This document shows, one piece after another, positions 12,875 to 25,036 of a DNA stretch of 64,000 bases (the stretch's first letter is position 1; the number at the start of each line of letters is the position of its first letter). The position numbers and the translations under genes were made by a program. The stretch comes from Rhynchobatus australiae. Its lineage: Eukaryota. The stretch lies in NCBI GenBank assembly GCA_034780895.1, contig JAUZTB010000027.1, forward strand, positions 42,100,304 to 42,164,303. Direction: 5' to 3'. The notes under the pieces are model-generated. The model was not told the DNA's origin. It saw only the letters and a program-made list of their open reading frames with translations, and made no database searches.

Positions 12875-13350
12875 CAAGTGCAGACCAATCAGCCCTTCAA
12901 GCCCACTTCACCATTCAGTAAGATGTGACAGAACCAATCATGGCCTCAACACTACTTTTCCATACTCTCCCATCCCTTTTGACTCCCTTGTAATTCAAAT
13001 GTCTGTTAATCTCTACCTTGAATGTGTTCAATGGACTCTACCTTTATAGCTCTCTGAGTTAGAGAACTCCAAAGATTCACAACCCTCTTAGAGAAGAAAT
13101 TCTTCCTTGTTTTCATCTTAAGTGGGTGATCCCTTATTCTGAACCCAGAACTGATCTGAGGCACTCCATTTATATATTTAGATACCTCCAGGAGTAACAG
13201 CCTCCCAGCATCCACCTGTCAATCTTCCTCAGAACCTTAGATGCTTCAATCTTATTTTTCAAACTCCAACCTGCTTGACTTTTTGTATATGTCAACCTTT
13301 TCATCCCAGGGATCAATTGAGTGAAGCTTCTCTGCACTGCTTCCAGTGCA
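12875..13350 (-). mobile_element. CR1-like LINE 3' fragment
   Basis: Minus-strand translation RKNFFSKRVVNLWSSL, typical of the CR1 ORF2 C-terminus, with the tail toward 12875. Confidence 0.75.
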
Positions 13351-13356
13351 AGCTCA

Positions 13357-13662
13357 TGATCAAGTCGAGTTTATTGTCATGTACGGTGAGGTACAAGTAC
13401 AATGAAAACCTTGGTTGCAGCAGCATCACAGGCATGTAGATTCAGGCAACAAACATAACATTATATATAAATCATATGATAGTGAAGAAAAAAGGATCTG
13501 CAAAACAAGACATCAGTGCAAAAAACATGATTAGAAACAAGTCCAAGATAATGCAAGAGGTGGTCCATAGTGTTCTGTTGCTGAGGTAGGGTTAGGGTTG
13601 TGCAGGTTGGTTCAAGAACATGATGGTTGTAGGAAAGTAGCTGTTCCTGAACTTGGTGGTGT
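13357..13662 (-). mobile_element. Rex1/Babar LINE 3' end
   Basis: Reverse complement contains caccaccaagttcaggaacagctactttcctacaaccatcatg and ends atgacaataaactcgacttga, closely matching the copy at 19706-20073. Confidence 0.8.
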
Positions 13663-15769
13663 AAATATAATTTACACTTAATATAATTTACATATAACAG
13701 GCCTTAAATATAATTCCTAAGTTATAGCAACCAAAACTGTCCTTTCATTCCAAGTCATCAGTATACATTGTAACTAAATGATGCCCTGGCACTGATCCCT
13801 AAGGCACCCCACTTAAGAGCATAAGAGGTAGGAACTGATGTTGGCCAATCAGCCCTTCAAGCCTGCTCTGCCACTCAATTGAATTATGGCCAATCCTGTA
13901 TTCTTTTAAGTTCATTTTCCTGTACTTTTCCTATACCCCTTGATTCCATTACTGATTGGAAATCTATCCATCTCACTTGTCACTGATTGCCAGTCCAAAA
14001 ATGACCCACTTATTGACTCACTGTTTTCTGTAAGTTAGCCACTTCAATATCCCTGCCAATATATTGTGCCTGAAACCTTTTATGTGGCACTTGATTAAAT
14101 ACCACCTGGATTACCTGATTTCTAATGTTCCTTTGTAGCTTTTGCTCCCGTGCTTTGGTAAAGGACTATACTTTGATATTCCTGTGTTAAACAGAATTCT
14201 GCTGATAAAACTATGATTTACTCTGTAATGGATACATTGGATGCAGCTGATATTTTTCAGACTCTAATTCCATAAGGACTGAATTTCTGAATTCTTTTTA
14301 CTTCATTTGTCAAAATAACAGATGATGTTGATGGAGAAATATGTCACAGGAAAGACATGGAGCTAGTGACAGAATGTAATTTTTTTGCAGATACCATTTT
14401 GTTGCGGTTACAAACTCCTAACAACTTTCACTATAAGCTAGTGGGGTAGGTTTCTGAATTTAGTGCAGATCTTTGCATATCCAGACAGTCTACTGGGGTG
14501 TTTGACATGTGCTGCTTAAGATCATCCTTTATATAAATAATGGATAGAATAAGAAATATTATGTGCCTAATTTACCTTATATATTTTGCAAAGTAGATAC
14601 ATTAGGCATAAAGGTGCAGTCTCTGCATCATANNNNNNNNNNNNNNNNNNNNNNNNNNNNNNNNNNNNNNNNNNNNNNNNNNNNNNNNNNNNNNNNNNNN
14701 NNNNNNNNNNNNNNNNNNNNNNNNAATTTCCACCCCAGGAAAAAGACATTGCCTACCCCATCTCTCATAATTTATATACGTTTAAATAAATACCATCTGA
14801 GACAGAAATAAATTGTTAGAGTTCTACTGGCATGGGCTTTTGAGATCAGTTGAATACAGTGGTAGGTAAGTAATGCCATTGCATATATCAGAATAGATCC
14901 AGACTTCAAAGTCAACCATGAGCTGTGAAATTTTCAGTTATTGGAACAACATTTAGTTCTTCAATGGCATACTTTGCCTCAGGTAAGAAACTAGATAAAA
15001 AAGACTTGAAAAAGATGGAGCATATTTCAATAGGGCAAGATATATCTCAGGGCAATATTCCAGAGTCTTTTAATATTTAAGAGTAGTATAAAATTGATAA
15101 AAAGAATGTTTCTGGTTCTTTCAGGGTCCAAAATAAATAGCAACACAAGTAGGAGCAAATGCAAAATTTAAAACAGAGTAGGGAGTTGAGAACTCTTGGA
15201 AGTTCACTCTCAGTGTTATTGGTTGAGGCAGAAACTCAGCCACTGTTGATGTTTGAATTGGTGGATAACAATAAAAAGGGAATAAAGGGACGTGAGAAAA
15301 CAGTGTAATAAGAACTCTGCTTATCTGGAAGCTTAATGGTGACAAGGACTAGTTGGGCCCTTTTCTGTCTTCTGGTGGTCACCAGTATCCAGTGATGTCA
15401 AGCAAACATAATTGGAATTGGGTCTGGATTTAAAAAAAAAAGTCACTTTTTTTAAAAAGTTGCTGGTTATGTGCTTTAAGGCTTAGATTAATCACGGGTC
15501 ATTTATTTTTGTCTGCAATAACTTACCTCAAACAGGTAAAGTGGCTGTAGAAGCTGTTTCATTAATTGACTGGGTCAATATAAAGTCGACATCATCATTA
15601 TTTTAGAAATAGCTTATCTCAAGTCCTATTCAATTACAAAACCACGCTAGTAAACATTCTGGCCTGCCCACTTGACGTGTTTGGAAACTCAATGCTGCTT
15701 GTTTTCAAAGGCAGTGCTGTTTATTTCTCTAGCAACACCTGGCAAGCACAGGATTAAGCTCAGTTGTGA

Positions 15770-16085
15770 TGATAGCATGGAAATTGAGTACAAAAGTAGG
15801 GAGTGCCTTAGTTATATATATGGAGTACTGTGCACCGTATTGATTTCCTATGTAGGGAAATAATTCAGGGAAGGTTTACTAAACTGATGCTTGGAATGGG
15901 CAGGTTATCTAATAATCTGGTTGTCTGATGTTCAGGACAGGCTTGAATCTTCTGGAATGTAGAAGACTGAGAAGGAACTTGATTGAAAATGTAAAATCCT
16001 TGGGTGTTTTAATAGGGTGGATGGGAAGAGGAAGTTTCTGCTTGTGGGGAGAATCGAAAATCAGAGATCGACTGCTTAGGACAAA
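15770..16085 (+). mobile_element. Degenerate CR1 LINE fragment
   Basis: attgagtacaaaagtaggg, ggagtactgtgcac (EYC motif) and agaagactgagaaggaacttgattgaa (RRLRxDLIE-like). Confidence 0.65.
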
Positions 16086-16131
16086 AATAATTCATTGCTG
16101 TGCAGTGTTGTTTCTTGTATAGTTTTAATTT

Positions 16132-16250
16132 ATCAGGACTGTTGATGTTTCAGACCAAGACCCTTCAGCAGGACTGCCTGACCTGCTGAGTTCCTTCAGC
16201 ACTTCTTGTGTGTTGCTCCAGATTTCAGCATCTGCAGAATTTCGTCTCTA
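16132..16250 (+). mobile_element. Penelope-like terminal repeat fragment with an inverted segment
   Basis: ctgcctgacctgctgagttccttcagcac...ccagatttcagcatctgcagaat on the + strand, preceded by the hammerhead-like segment in reverse orientation (16141-16175). Confidence 0.75.
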
Positions 16251-16366
16251 ATGTTAATTTATGTTTTTCTTGTGGAAGTTGTATCTCTAATGCGATGTGC
16301 CTGTGATGCTGCTGCAAGTAAGTTTATCATTGCACTTGTGCATATGACAATAAACTCAACTTGAAC
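16251..16366 (+). mobile_element. Rex1/Babar 3' tail fragment
   Basis: tgcctgtgatgctgctgcaag...gtgcatatgacaataaactcaacttgaac, matching the tails at 13357 and 20073. Confidence 0.65.
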
Positions 16367-16649
16367 ACAGATGAGGTCATGTTTTTCATCATTGTGTCAC
16401 CATGACTTTCAGGAACTCTGTTAGCTGTGGAAGAAGAGTCTTTGGCCCTTTTTAAAGCCGAAATTGACAGAAGCGTGCTTAAGCCAGGGAGGGGAGGGAT
16501 ACCGGGCGATGCGGAGTTGGGGTTTGCCATCCAGGCAGAGCAGCCACCACACACCAAGCTCCTTGATGACTACAGCAAAATACAAGTGATGCTTGTAAGT
16601 CACGAGGGCACGTATGAGCAGGGCAACGTCTTCCCAATCAGGGGGACAG

Positions 16650-16986
16650 TCTCCCCAACCCACCTCAGGACCACCTCCCCAACCCACCCACCTCACCAAC
16701 CCACCCACCTCACCAAAGGACCCCACCTCTTCCCTCCCCACCCCACCCCCGATACCCCATGACCATCTCCTTGCCCCACCATCCACCCCGGGGCCACCAC
16801 CCCAACCCACCCATGCCCCCCAAGACCATCTCTCACCTCAAACCACCTCCACCCCCTTTCTTCTCCTCCCCCCCAAAACCAAAGGGTCACCTCCCCCCCC
16901 CATCCCCCATCTCCTTCCCCCACACCCCGGGACCACCTCCCCACCTCACCAAAGGACCCCACCTCTTCCCTTTCTTTCTCTTTCAC
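16650..16986. repeat. C-rich low-complexity tract with an internal direct repeat
   Basis: Runs of cccacc/ccccc; ccacctcaccaaaggaccccacctcttccct occurs near 16705 and again near 16941; ends at an N gap. Confidence 0.8.
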
Positions 16987-17164
16987 NNNNNNNNNNNNNN
17001 NNNNNNNNNNNNNNNNNNNNNNNNNNNNNNNNNNNNNNNNNNNNNNNNNNNNNNNNNNNNNNNNNNNNNNNNNNNNNNNNNNNNNNNNNNNNNNNNNNNN
17101 NNNNNNNNNNNNNNNNNNNNNNNNNNNNNNNNNNNNNNNNNNNNNNNNNNNNNNNNNNNNNNNN

Positions 17165-17780
17165 GCCGCCCCCGGGCCGTGGGAGGACGGTGGGGGGGGG
17201 GGGGTTGCGCGTTCCCGCGGCTCCCGGAGGGCGAGCGATGGCTGCCGTGGCCGCGCTGTCCCTCCCACCGCAAACGTGGGGCGGGGGGAGCCGCGCAACC
17301 CGGAAGCGGTTGGGACGGAAGTGGTGTTGTATAATCAGCTGATGGTGATGGCAGCGGTGGCTGTTTTTGTTCGGCGCTGAGACCCTGAGGCAGCCGCCCC
17401 CCCCCCCCGCCCCGGACCCTCGCCCTCCACACGCAGCCGCGCCCTCCCACCCTCACAGCCCGCACACGGTGGTCGCCCGTCCTCCCCCACACCCCGGGCT
17501 CCTTCCACCCGGGCACGGATCGGCACCCCCCACCGCTCACACCCGGGGGCAGCCCTCCCCTCCCCTCCTCCGGCCGGGACCCCGCCGCCCGGGGCCCACA
17601 CCCGCAGCCTGCAGCAGGCGGCTCGGCCGGCGACGCGCACGGGCCTGGCGCACCCGAGGCCGGATCCGCCCGCCTCCTCTCCCGCAGCCGGGCCAATGCT
17701 GGATCTGGAAGTGGTGCCCGAGCGGTCTCTGGGGAACGAACGATGGGAATTCGCTTTAGGTAACTTCGAGCCGGGTCAAC
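17165..17780 (+). promoter_or_regulatory. CpG-island promoter and 5' region of PHAF1 with tandem ETS (GABPA-type) motifs
   Basis: The only CpG-dense, very GC-rich block in the window; CCGGAAGC at 17300-17307 and ACGGAAGTG at 17315-17323; no TATA box seen; contains the start codon at 17696. Confidence 0.85.
17696..17759 (+). CDS. PHAF1: Phagophore assembly factor 1 (C16orf70/UPF0183), coding exon 1
   Basis: [21 protein letters not shown]+G, 64 nt, donor G|GTAAC; matches the recalled human N-terminus [22 protein letters not shown]. Confidence 0.96.
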
Positions 17781-19705
17781 CTCTCTTTCTTTTGGTCTGG
17801 AAGGGATTTTTGCACAGAGAAAGTAACTGTATCGGCGACGTTAATGGAGAAATAGCCGGTTGGAGGAACGTTTTGGAAAGGAACGGGGTTTGATACTATT
17901 GCTGAGAACTGGATGGTGGGGGTGTCCGTCCTGATGAATGCAGGGGAGGAGTGAACGCAGTGGGGAGGGGGAATAGTGGGTGGGCTGTTCAATGGGGAGC
18001 AGGTTGGCTTTGGGATTTAGGAGTCAGCCAGGAGTGCGGGTTTGAGTGCCAAAGTGGGGAGGACGTGGTGTGGGGAATGGGATTGTGGTGTGTGGTAGCA
18101 GAGGGCATGAGGGGGCAAAGGGAGTGGGAATGATGTATACCTTACTGGGGTAAGTGGAGTGGGGGATGCTGTGTGAGGGTAAAGGACAAAACGTGTTACG
18201 GTGTGGACACGATGGGTCAGAAGAGCTGGGGATNNNNNNNNNNNNNNNNNNNNNNNNNNNNNNNNNNNNNNNNNNNNNNNNNNNNNNNNNNNNNNNNNNN
18301 NNNNNNNNNNNNNNNNNNNNNNNNNNNNNNNNNNNNNNNNNNNNNNNNNAGCAGGGAGTGGGAATGTAGACATGTGTGCTTTAGAAGATGCTGTTGTGGG
18401 GAGGGAATGGGAGGTGAGCTATGAAGGTGATCACAATGAGAGGTAATGGGGAATGAGTGAGGTGGGAACAGCCAAATTGGGGGTCAGATATACTGAGGAC
18501 GTAGTAGGTTACAGTGAGGAGGGGAGTGGGTGTGCTGTGGAATGGGAAATGGGGTCAGGAGTCAATGTGGTGCCCTGATGTGGGGCAAAGTGGTTATGGG
18601 GGACAGCCCTGATGTGCAGTGGGGGTGTCCTGCGGCAGATGAAACTGTGGCAGGGTCATAGTAAGAGGAGGAAGGAGGGGGATTGGTTTTAAATGGAGCA
18701 GAAATTCTCTCCTATGTCTGTACACCTTCTAACAAATTCCTTAAGATGTAGCTCTTTACTTGACCTTTCGATCATCTGCCCTAGGATCTCTGCTATCAAA
18801 TGTTGATGGTTCTTTTAAAGAGCTTGAAAGTACTTTTCCAATTAAAAAGAGACAAAAGAGGTAGTTGTTGTTCTGGTAATAGTAACGGAAATTGAGACTA
18901 CTTGGGAAGAGGTTATATTGTATGAGGCTCTTGGTCTGTGGGCAACTATGGTTATTTTGCATTCTTCCTTCAAACAAGTATTGTTTCTCATTCTTTTCCC
19001 AAGATAGCTATGCATAACATGTTGGTGGATTTGGTGTAAATCCTGTCACTTTAGGAGGGTTTCTGGTAATTATCAACAATTAATCATTGTTAGTTGACTA
19101 TATTATATCCTGTAATTGTGTTGGGATTATCTTGAGTCACTCTTGTGGTGATGTCATAGCTTCAGGGTTTGGTGTAATTCACTTCTAATGAGGTATCTGT
19201 ATGATCGTATTTTTCTTTGTATAACCTGGTGGCCAATTTCTCATCATAAATATTTGCCCTTCAAAAAATTATGTAATAGGACATCTGAGGAAACTGAAAT
19301 TCATATGTTTTGTGCAATTGTTTGTGATATTGAAAACAGCAGTGACCTCTGTGAAGTGGACTCTCTTATTAAGAATTTGTGGTGCATAAGAGAATTTAAT
19401 AAGACAGAGAATTTGTGTATGTTTGTAGATGGTACTTGTTGCAGTACTTTTAAATTATTGTCCATTGTCCTCCAGTGCATTTTTCTGCCCAGAGAATTGC
19501 CAGATTAACTAAACTTGGAAATGTGTCCAAGGTCACTGTGCTGGTCAAAGCTGAGGAGGCTAATTTACCTTTCAGGAGTGGAGTTAGTACACACACCTCC
19601 ATGCAGGGGGTGAGCAGATTTTAAGTCAATTATTAATTTTAAATCTAAGTATGATTTATTTTTTGTTACTGATTCCTGAATCAAAGCTTCTGGTTAAGTA
19701 TATGA

Positions 19706-20073
19706 GTGCAGAGGAACACAAGAGACTGCAGAAAGCAGTGGAGATGGCCCAGTCCATCACAGGCACTGTCCTCGCCACCATTGACAGCATTGAAAGGAGG
19801 TGCTGCCTCTCGAAGACGGCAGCTGTCATCAAGGATCTCCACCATCCCGGTCATGCCCTCTTCTTGCTGCTGCTGTCAGGCAGGAGGAGCAGAAGCCTGA
19901 GGTCCCATACCACCAGGTTCAGGAACAGCTACTTTCCTACAACCATCATGTCCTTAAACCAGCCTGCACAATGCTAACCCGACCTCAGGAACACTATGGA
20001 CTTGTCTGTCTCTAACTTTTTCATTGTACATGCAACTTGCTGTACTTGTGCACGTGATAATAAACTTGACTTG
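19706..20073 (+). mobile_element. Rex1/Babar LINE 3' fragment
   Basis: HKRLQKAVEMAQSITGT...IKDLHHPGHALFLLLLSGRRSRSLRSHTTRFRNSYFP, then a tail ending gataataaacttgacttg. Confidence 0.85.
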
Positions 20074-20639
20074 GTATGGCTTACTGATTCAGCTATGTTC
20101 TCACCAAATGGCAGAACAGGCTCAGTGTGCTGAATATCTTGCTCCTGTTTAAATCTTATCTGTCCACAAGTCTTGGCACACCTCCGGTTTTTATTGTTCC
20201 ACTTTTGGCAATGTATCTTCAACTGTGTAGGGTATAAACTCTGAAATTCTCTCCTTAAATCTCTCTTTTAGGATGCTTCAAAAAAGCCAAAATTTTGGTC
20301 ACTCATTTCAACTTGTAGTATGTGGCTTGATGTGTTTTGTTTGGTGAAACCTTGAGACATTTTGCTACATTAATGACATATGATCTTGTGATGAAAATAA
20401 GTGCCACATACATACTTCCTCCTAGTGCAGCTCTTAAGCAAGCTAAGACTATGTTGTGCCATACAGTGATACATATCTGTTATTTCCTTGTTCTAGTAAA
20501 ACTATTTTGGCTTTTTGCTGATGAAAACTTTGCTTTTTAAATTTAAATTAAACTTTTAACTAATCTCATTGGGGTCTTGTGCATTCGTAACAAGAACTAT
20601 CTGATGAAATATAGATTCTTGCCCAGATTCGTTTCATTA

Positions 20640-21450
20640 GTGCAGCTGGCAAGCCTCAGCTATAGGAAGGATGTCATTAAGCTGGAAAGGGTGCAGGAAA
20701 GATTCACACTGATGCTACCAGGACTGGAGGGATTGAGATATAAGAAGAGACTGGATAGATTGGGACTTTTTTCCCTGGGGCGCAGGAGGCTGAGGTGTGA
20801 CCTTACAGAGGTATATAAAATCATGAGGGACATAGATCAGATGAATGGCCACAGTCTTTGTCTCAGGGTAGGGGAGTGTATAACTACAGGGAAAAGATTG
20901 ATAGGAGGCCTGAGAAGCAAGTTTTTCCACACAGAGGGTGGTACAGACCATTCCTGGGCAACAAATGAGTTCTGTTTTTTTTTCCAGGTGTCCATAAGTC
21001 GATTTTGTCAGTAAGTCGGAAAGTGCGCAAGAATCACTTAACATGATGATCAGACGCACTGTTGTAATAAATGACATCAAAGGCACAAATGCTGATAAGA
21101 AAGAATAATTAGTGAAAGTGGGGAGAGAAAAGAAACTAGGTCTGCTGTTAGTAGGAACATATGTTGGACTTCTGAATTTATTAACATTATGGGAGCTTGT
21201 TTATATGTACGGGTGTCCACAAGTCTTGCACCTGGTAATATCCTGCGTATGAAACTAGCTACCAGAGGAAGCTGAGAGGTGGGTGCATTTGCAACATTTA
21301 AAAGTCATCTGGACAGATTCATGGACAGGAAAGGTTGAGAGGGATATGGACCAAACGCAGGCAAATGGGACTAGCTCAGGTAGGCGACTTGATTGGCATG
21401 GATGAGTTGGGCTGTAAGACTTGTTTCCGTGCTGCATGGCACTGACTCTT
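20640..21450 (+). mobile_element. CR1 LINE 3' fragment interrupted by a MITE
   Basis: YRKDVIKLERVQERFTLMLPGLEGL..RLDRLGLFSL..RRLRCDLTEVYKIM up to 20943; CR1 sequence resumes at about 21246 and runs to the tail ttgtttccgtgctgcat. Confidence 0.85.
20944..21245. mobile_element. Tigger/pogo-like MITE inserted in the CR1 copy
   Basis: Starts after TA with cagaccattcctggg and ends cctggtaatatcctg (degenerate terminal inverted repeat); internal taagtcg repeats; CR1 sequence is continuous across the insertion. Confidence 0.6.
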
Positions 21451-23164
21451 AAACCCTTCTTAAAGAATAACTTCTTTTAGAAAAAGTTCAACTTTTGACT
21501 ACCCTTTTCCAACGTGGTGTGCTCATGTTTGATGATAGATCATTGTATATTCAGCAAGGTGTTGTGGGTGGAGCAAAGTTCTGTTTCAATCCTGTTCATG
21601 AATCCCTCCAGCTTTGAACTGTTTTTGTGTGTTTGGAGATGATGTGCTAGAGTGACTAATGAGATGATTTAAGGATCCACACTTTTTAAAACGATATTCA
21701 TAAGGAGAATGGGACCAAACATTTTCAATAGAAAATTTGTTAATGCAATGTATTCCCCTGAGCAGCAGAGCTTCAATTCTTACTTGGGGCCAGTTTTCCT
21801 TTGCCATTTGTTTGGCAGTTTTGAGCCTTGAGAGAAATTCTGTGGCAAATGAACTTCAGTTTTCAATTGATTTTTTTTAAATTAATGGATTAATGAGAAA
21901 AATTGGAATTGTTAAAAATCCACATTGTAATGGATGTGTAAATGATGGTTACAGTGTTTGAGTATAGTAATTCATAGTATATTGTAACTAAATGTGTATG
22001 AGCGAAGTCTTGAATTTAAATTTCAAGAAATGCTAGCATTTGTTGCTGCAATTTTTTTCCTCTCATTTTACAATCATTATTGGCTATCACAAAGAGGGCA
22101 ATTGATTTTCCAGCTGTGCTAAGGTATCTTTTCTGAAATAAGGCAATGATAGATGTGGAACATTTGGCTTAATACCCCATGCTAGGAATGGGAAAATTAC
22201 AGCTGGTTGTAATTCAGCAGCCCCTAGGGTGAATGATGACTCAAAACAGGTTGCGCTGCTGCTATAGGTTGAATACATTCGTTGACAGATTTGCAATGAG
22301 TATGTGTTCAAGAAACTTGATGTTTGCCATTTCCTGTGCAAGTGCATCACAGAAAAGGGTGGCAAATAATTGGGTTGGAGAATGGTTTAAAAACTCAGGT
22401 GTTTAGGAATGTAGTTTGTTTGCAAACAGTCCTTTCATCTGTGGGACCTGGAATAGTTTTCAGATGAATGAATTGAGTGTTCTCTCTCCATGCCACCAGG
22501 GCAAAGTCATGTGCTGCATTGACCTAGTGCTTTGAGAGCAAGTCCATGACACATCTCATTGCACATTGGCAATAAATTAGGAGTCTTGTTCATATTTTGC
22601 TGCTGTGTGAACTGTGGGGTTAGAAATATTATTGGGCACAGTTTAAGAAGCTTTACCCTTCATCCAACTGTTCAGTATGGTAGCCTGAAAATGCTCAATA
22701 CTGAAACAGCATGCAAGCAGTGAGAAAGTGAACCATCCTTCACACTGATGTACAGATTAAGGTAATGATTTTCTCATCCAGAAATTGATGAGTGCTCTTT
22801 CTACTGTGATATGTTATCAATAAATGGCATAATTTGATTAAAACCAACCTTAAAGGATTTTAAATATGAGCAAGTGAATAAACTGCTTTCAGAAATGCTC
22901 TGAATATTGAAATTTTCCAGCATCAGTTTCTGAGTCTTATGACCACTTGTACTAATTTGGGCCAAGTTGTTTAATTTCTAGTTCTTTTTATTTTATTAAA
23001 TTTTATTCATTTTGTTTTTCCCCTACCCACTGATCTTGGTCTCTTTTGGTCTCAATATGTCAACTTAGTTTAGAAAGTTTTTCAAGTAACTCTGGTATTT
23101 AGTTGCCTTCAGCCAATTCAGTTCACTCCTTGTAATATCAAGGAACAGCAAAGGACACAGAGAA

Positions 23165-23522
23165 ACTTGCAGCATGGAAACAGGCCCTTCAGTCCATCGA
23201 GTATACACCAACCATCGAGCGCCTATCTGCACTAATTTTGCCCCCTTGCCAACCTATCTTATTGTCCCCCAATTCCCCTCACCGGGGGGGGGNNNNNNNN
23301 NNTCCCAGATTCTACCAATCACCTACATACCAGAGACAATTTACAGTTGACAATTAACCTATCAACCCATACATTTTTGGGATATGGGAGAAAACCAGAA
23401 TACCGAGAGGAAATGCATGCAGACACAATGTGCAAACTCCACACAGACAGCATTGGAGGTCAAGATTGAAACTGGGTCACTGGAACTAAAAGACAGCAGC
23501 TCTACTAACTGTGTCACTGTGT
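23165..23522 (-). mobile_element. tRNA-derived V-SINE/HE1-like SINE with CR1-type tail
   Basis: Minus strand shows gtgtggagtttgcac and atttcctctcggtattctggttttctcccatatcccaaa (V core) and ends gaagggcctgtttccatgctg. Confidence 0.7.
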
Positions 23523-23639
23523 TATTCATAAATATACAGCAAAGACTGGATGCCAGAAAATCTTCTTGGTTAAAAGCATGACTTGTTCTAAAGAAGTGAA
23601 GAAGAACTCTACTTCAGAACAAGTTGTGCCTATATCCAA

Positions 23640-24850
23640 ACTCTTTTAATATAGTTATAACATTGGTATCTACCCAAATTGCTCAAGTAGGTCATGTCCA
23701 CAAAAAACAGGGCAAATCCAAATCAGTAATTATCACCCAATTGGCCTACTGTCAGTCATCAGTAAAGTCACAGAAGGTCTGCTTGATGTTGTTGTTTTCA
23801 CCAGTTTTGCAGAACTTCTGGGCTCCAGGCCTTATTACAGCCTTTGTCTGAGCCTGGGCCAAAGAGCTGAACTGCAGTGATGATGCAAGTGTGACTTCAG
23901 GGCAATACTTGAACAACTATGGCTTTGAAAAGCTCTGGCAAAACTAAAGTCAATCTGTATTAGGGGTTCAAAGATTGGAGTTGCATATTGGCCAAAGGAA
24001 GATGGTTTTGGGTGTTGGTCTTCAACCATTTTAATCTCAAGATGTTACAGCAGGAGTCTGTAAGGGGGTATCCAAGACACGCCATTTTCAATGCCCTTCC
24101 ATCATGAGATCAGAAGTGAGGATGTTGCTCAATATTGCACAATAGTTGCATGAAGTGCAACCAAGGCCACATTTCAGGGTGATGAGTGGCACCACCAACA
24201 AGAGTTCTCACTATCTCCCCATGTTTTTGCCAATGCTGTCCCTATTGTCGTCGTTATAATCCTGTGGGTTGTCAACAAAAATTCAATAGGGCCAGCCACA
24301 TAAATATTCTCTATGCCAGAGATTGGGTCTGGAATTACTGCCTGATGAGACTTTGGAACTCTCTTCCTCAAAGGGCTATGGATACCGACTCTTCAAATAT
24401 TTTTAATACATTCATAGATAGATACTCGGTAAAGAAGTGGGTGTCAGATTGTTACAGTTCAGTAGGAATACAGGGTTTAGTTTCCAATCAGATCAGCTCC
24501 TAATTAGAATCTATGTTTACACTAAAAACAAATTTATAGTCTTCTCCAATAGCCCCCTCCAAACCCACAAACTCCACTTCCAAGAACAAGACCAGCAGGC
24601 CTATAGGAGCACCATTCCTCCAGGTCCCTTCCAAGTGGCACACTGTCTTGACTTGGATGAATTACCCTATTCCTTGATTGTCATTGGATTTGAATTTCAG
24701 AACTCCATACCCAACAGCATTACAGGCATATGTTCATTAGGGGGACCCTAGTGGTTCAAGAAGGCAGCCCACCACCATCTCTCAAGGCCATTTCAGGATG
24801 AGTAATTATCATTTGCCTTGTTAGCAACACATAAGTACCAAAAAATTAAC
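23640..24850 (+). mobile_element. Highly decayed non-LTR retrotransposon (CR1/L2 group), RT region and 3' end
   Basis: IAQVGHVHKKQGKS..(N)YHPIGLLSVISKV resembles the pre-RT motif; 3' end gtggttcaagaaggcagcccaccaccatctctcaagg is shared with 62680-63110. Confidence 0.6.
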
Positions 24851-24871
24851 TTAAACGTTCTAAGTGTCTAA

Positions 24872-25036
<165 letters not shown>

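Noticed and set aside
12294-13049. Long ORFs here and at 2664-3055, 35256-35663, 42214-42736 and 55464-56090
   Set aside because: They are open mainly because they span N gaps, in some cases joined to repeat sequence.
16421-17759. Several long ORFs (up to 242 aa) on both strands near the promoter
   Set aside because: Pro/Gly/Arg-rich translations of low-complexity GC-rich DNA, some running through Ns. Only the 64-nt PHAF1 exon 1 has homology and splice support.
17760-17893. ORF-track extension of PHAF1 exon 1 (GNFEPGQPLF...)
   Set aside because: Homology stops at the GT donor at 17760; the rest is intron read-through.
22228-22330. ATGATGA box C-like motif suggesting an intronic C/D snoRNA
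   Set aside because: No properly placed CTGA box D or terminal stem seen.
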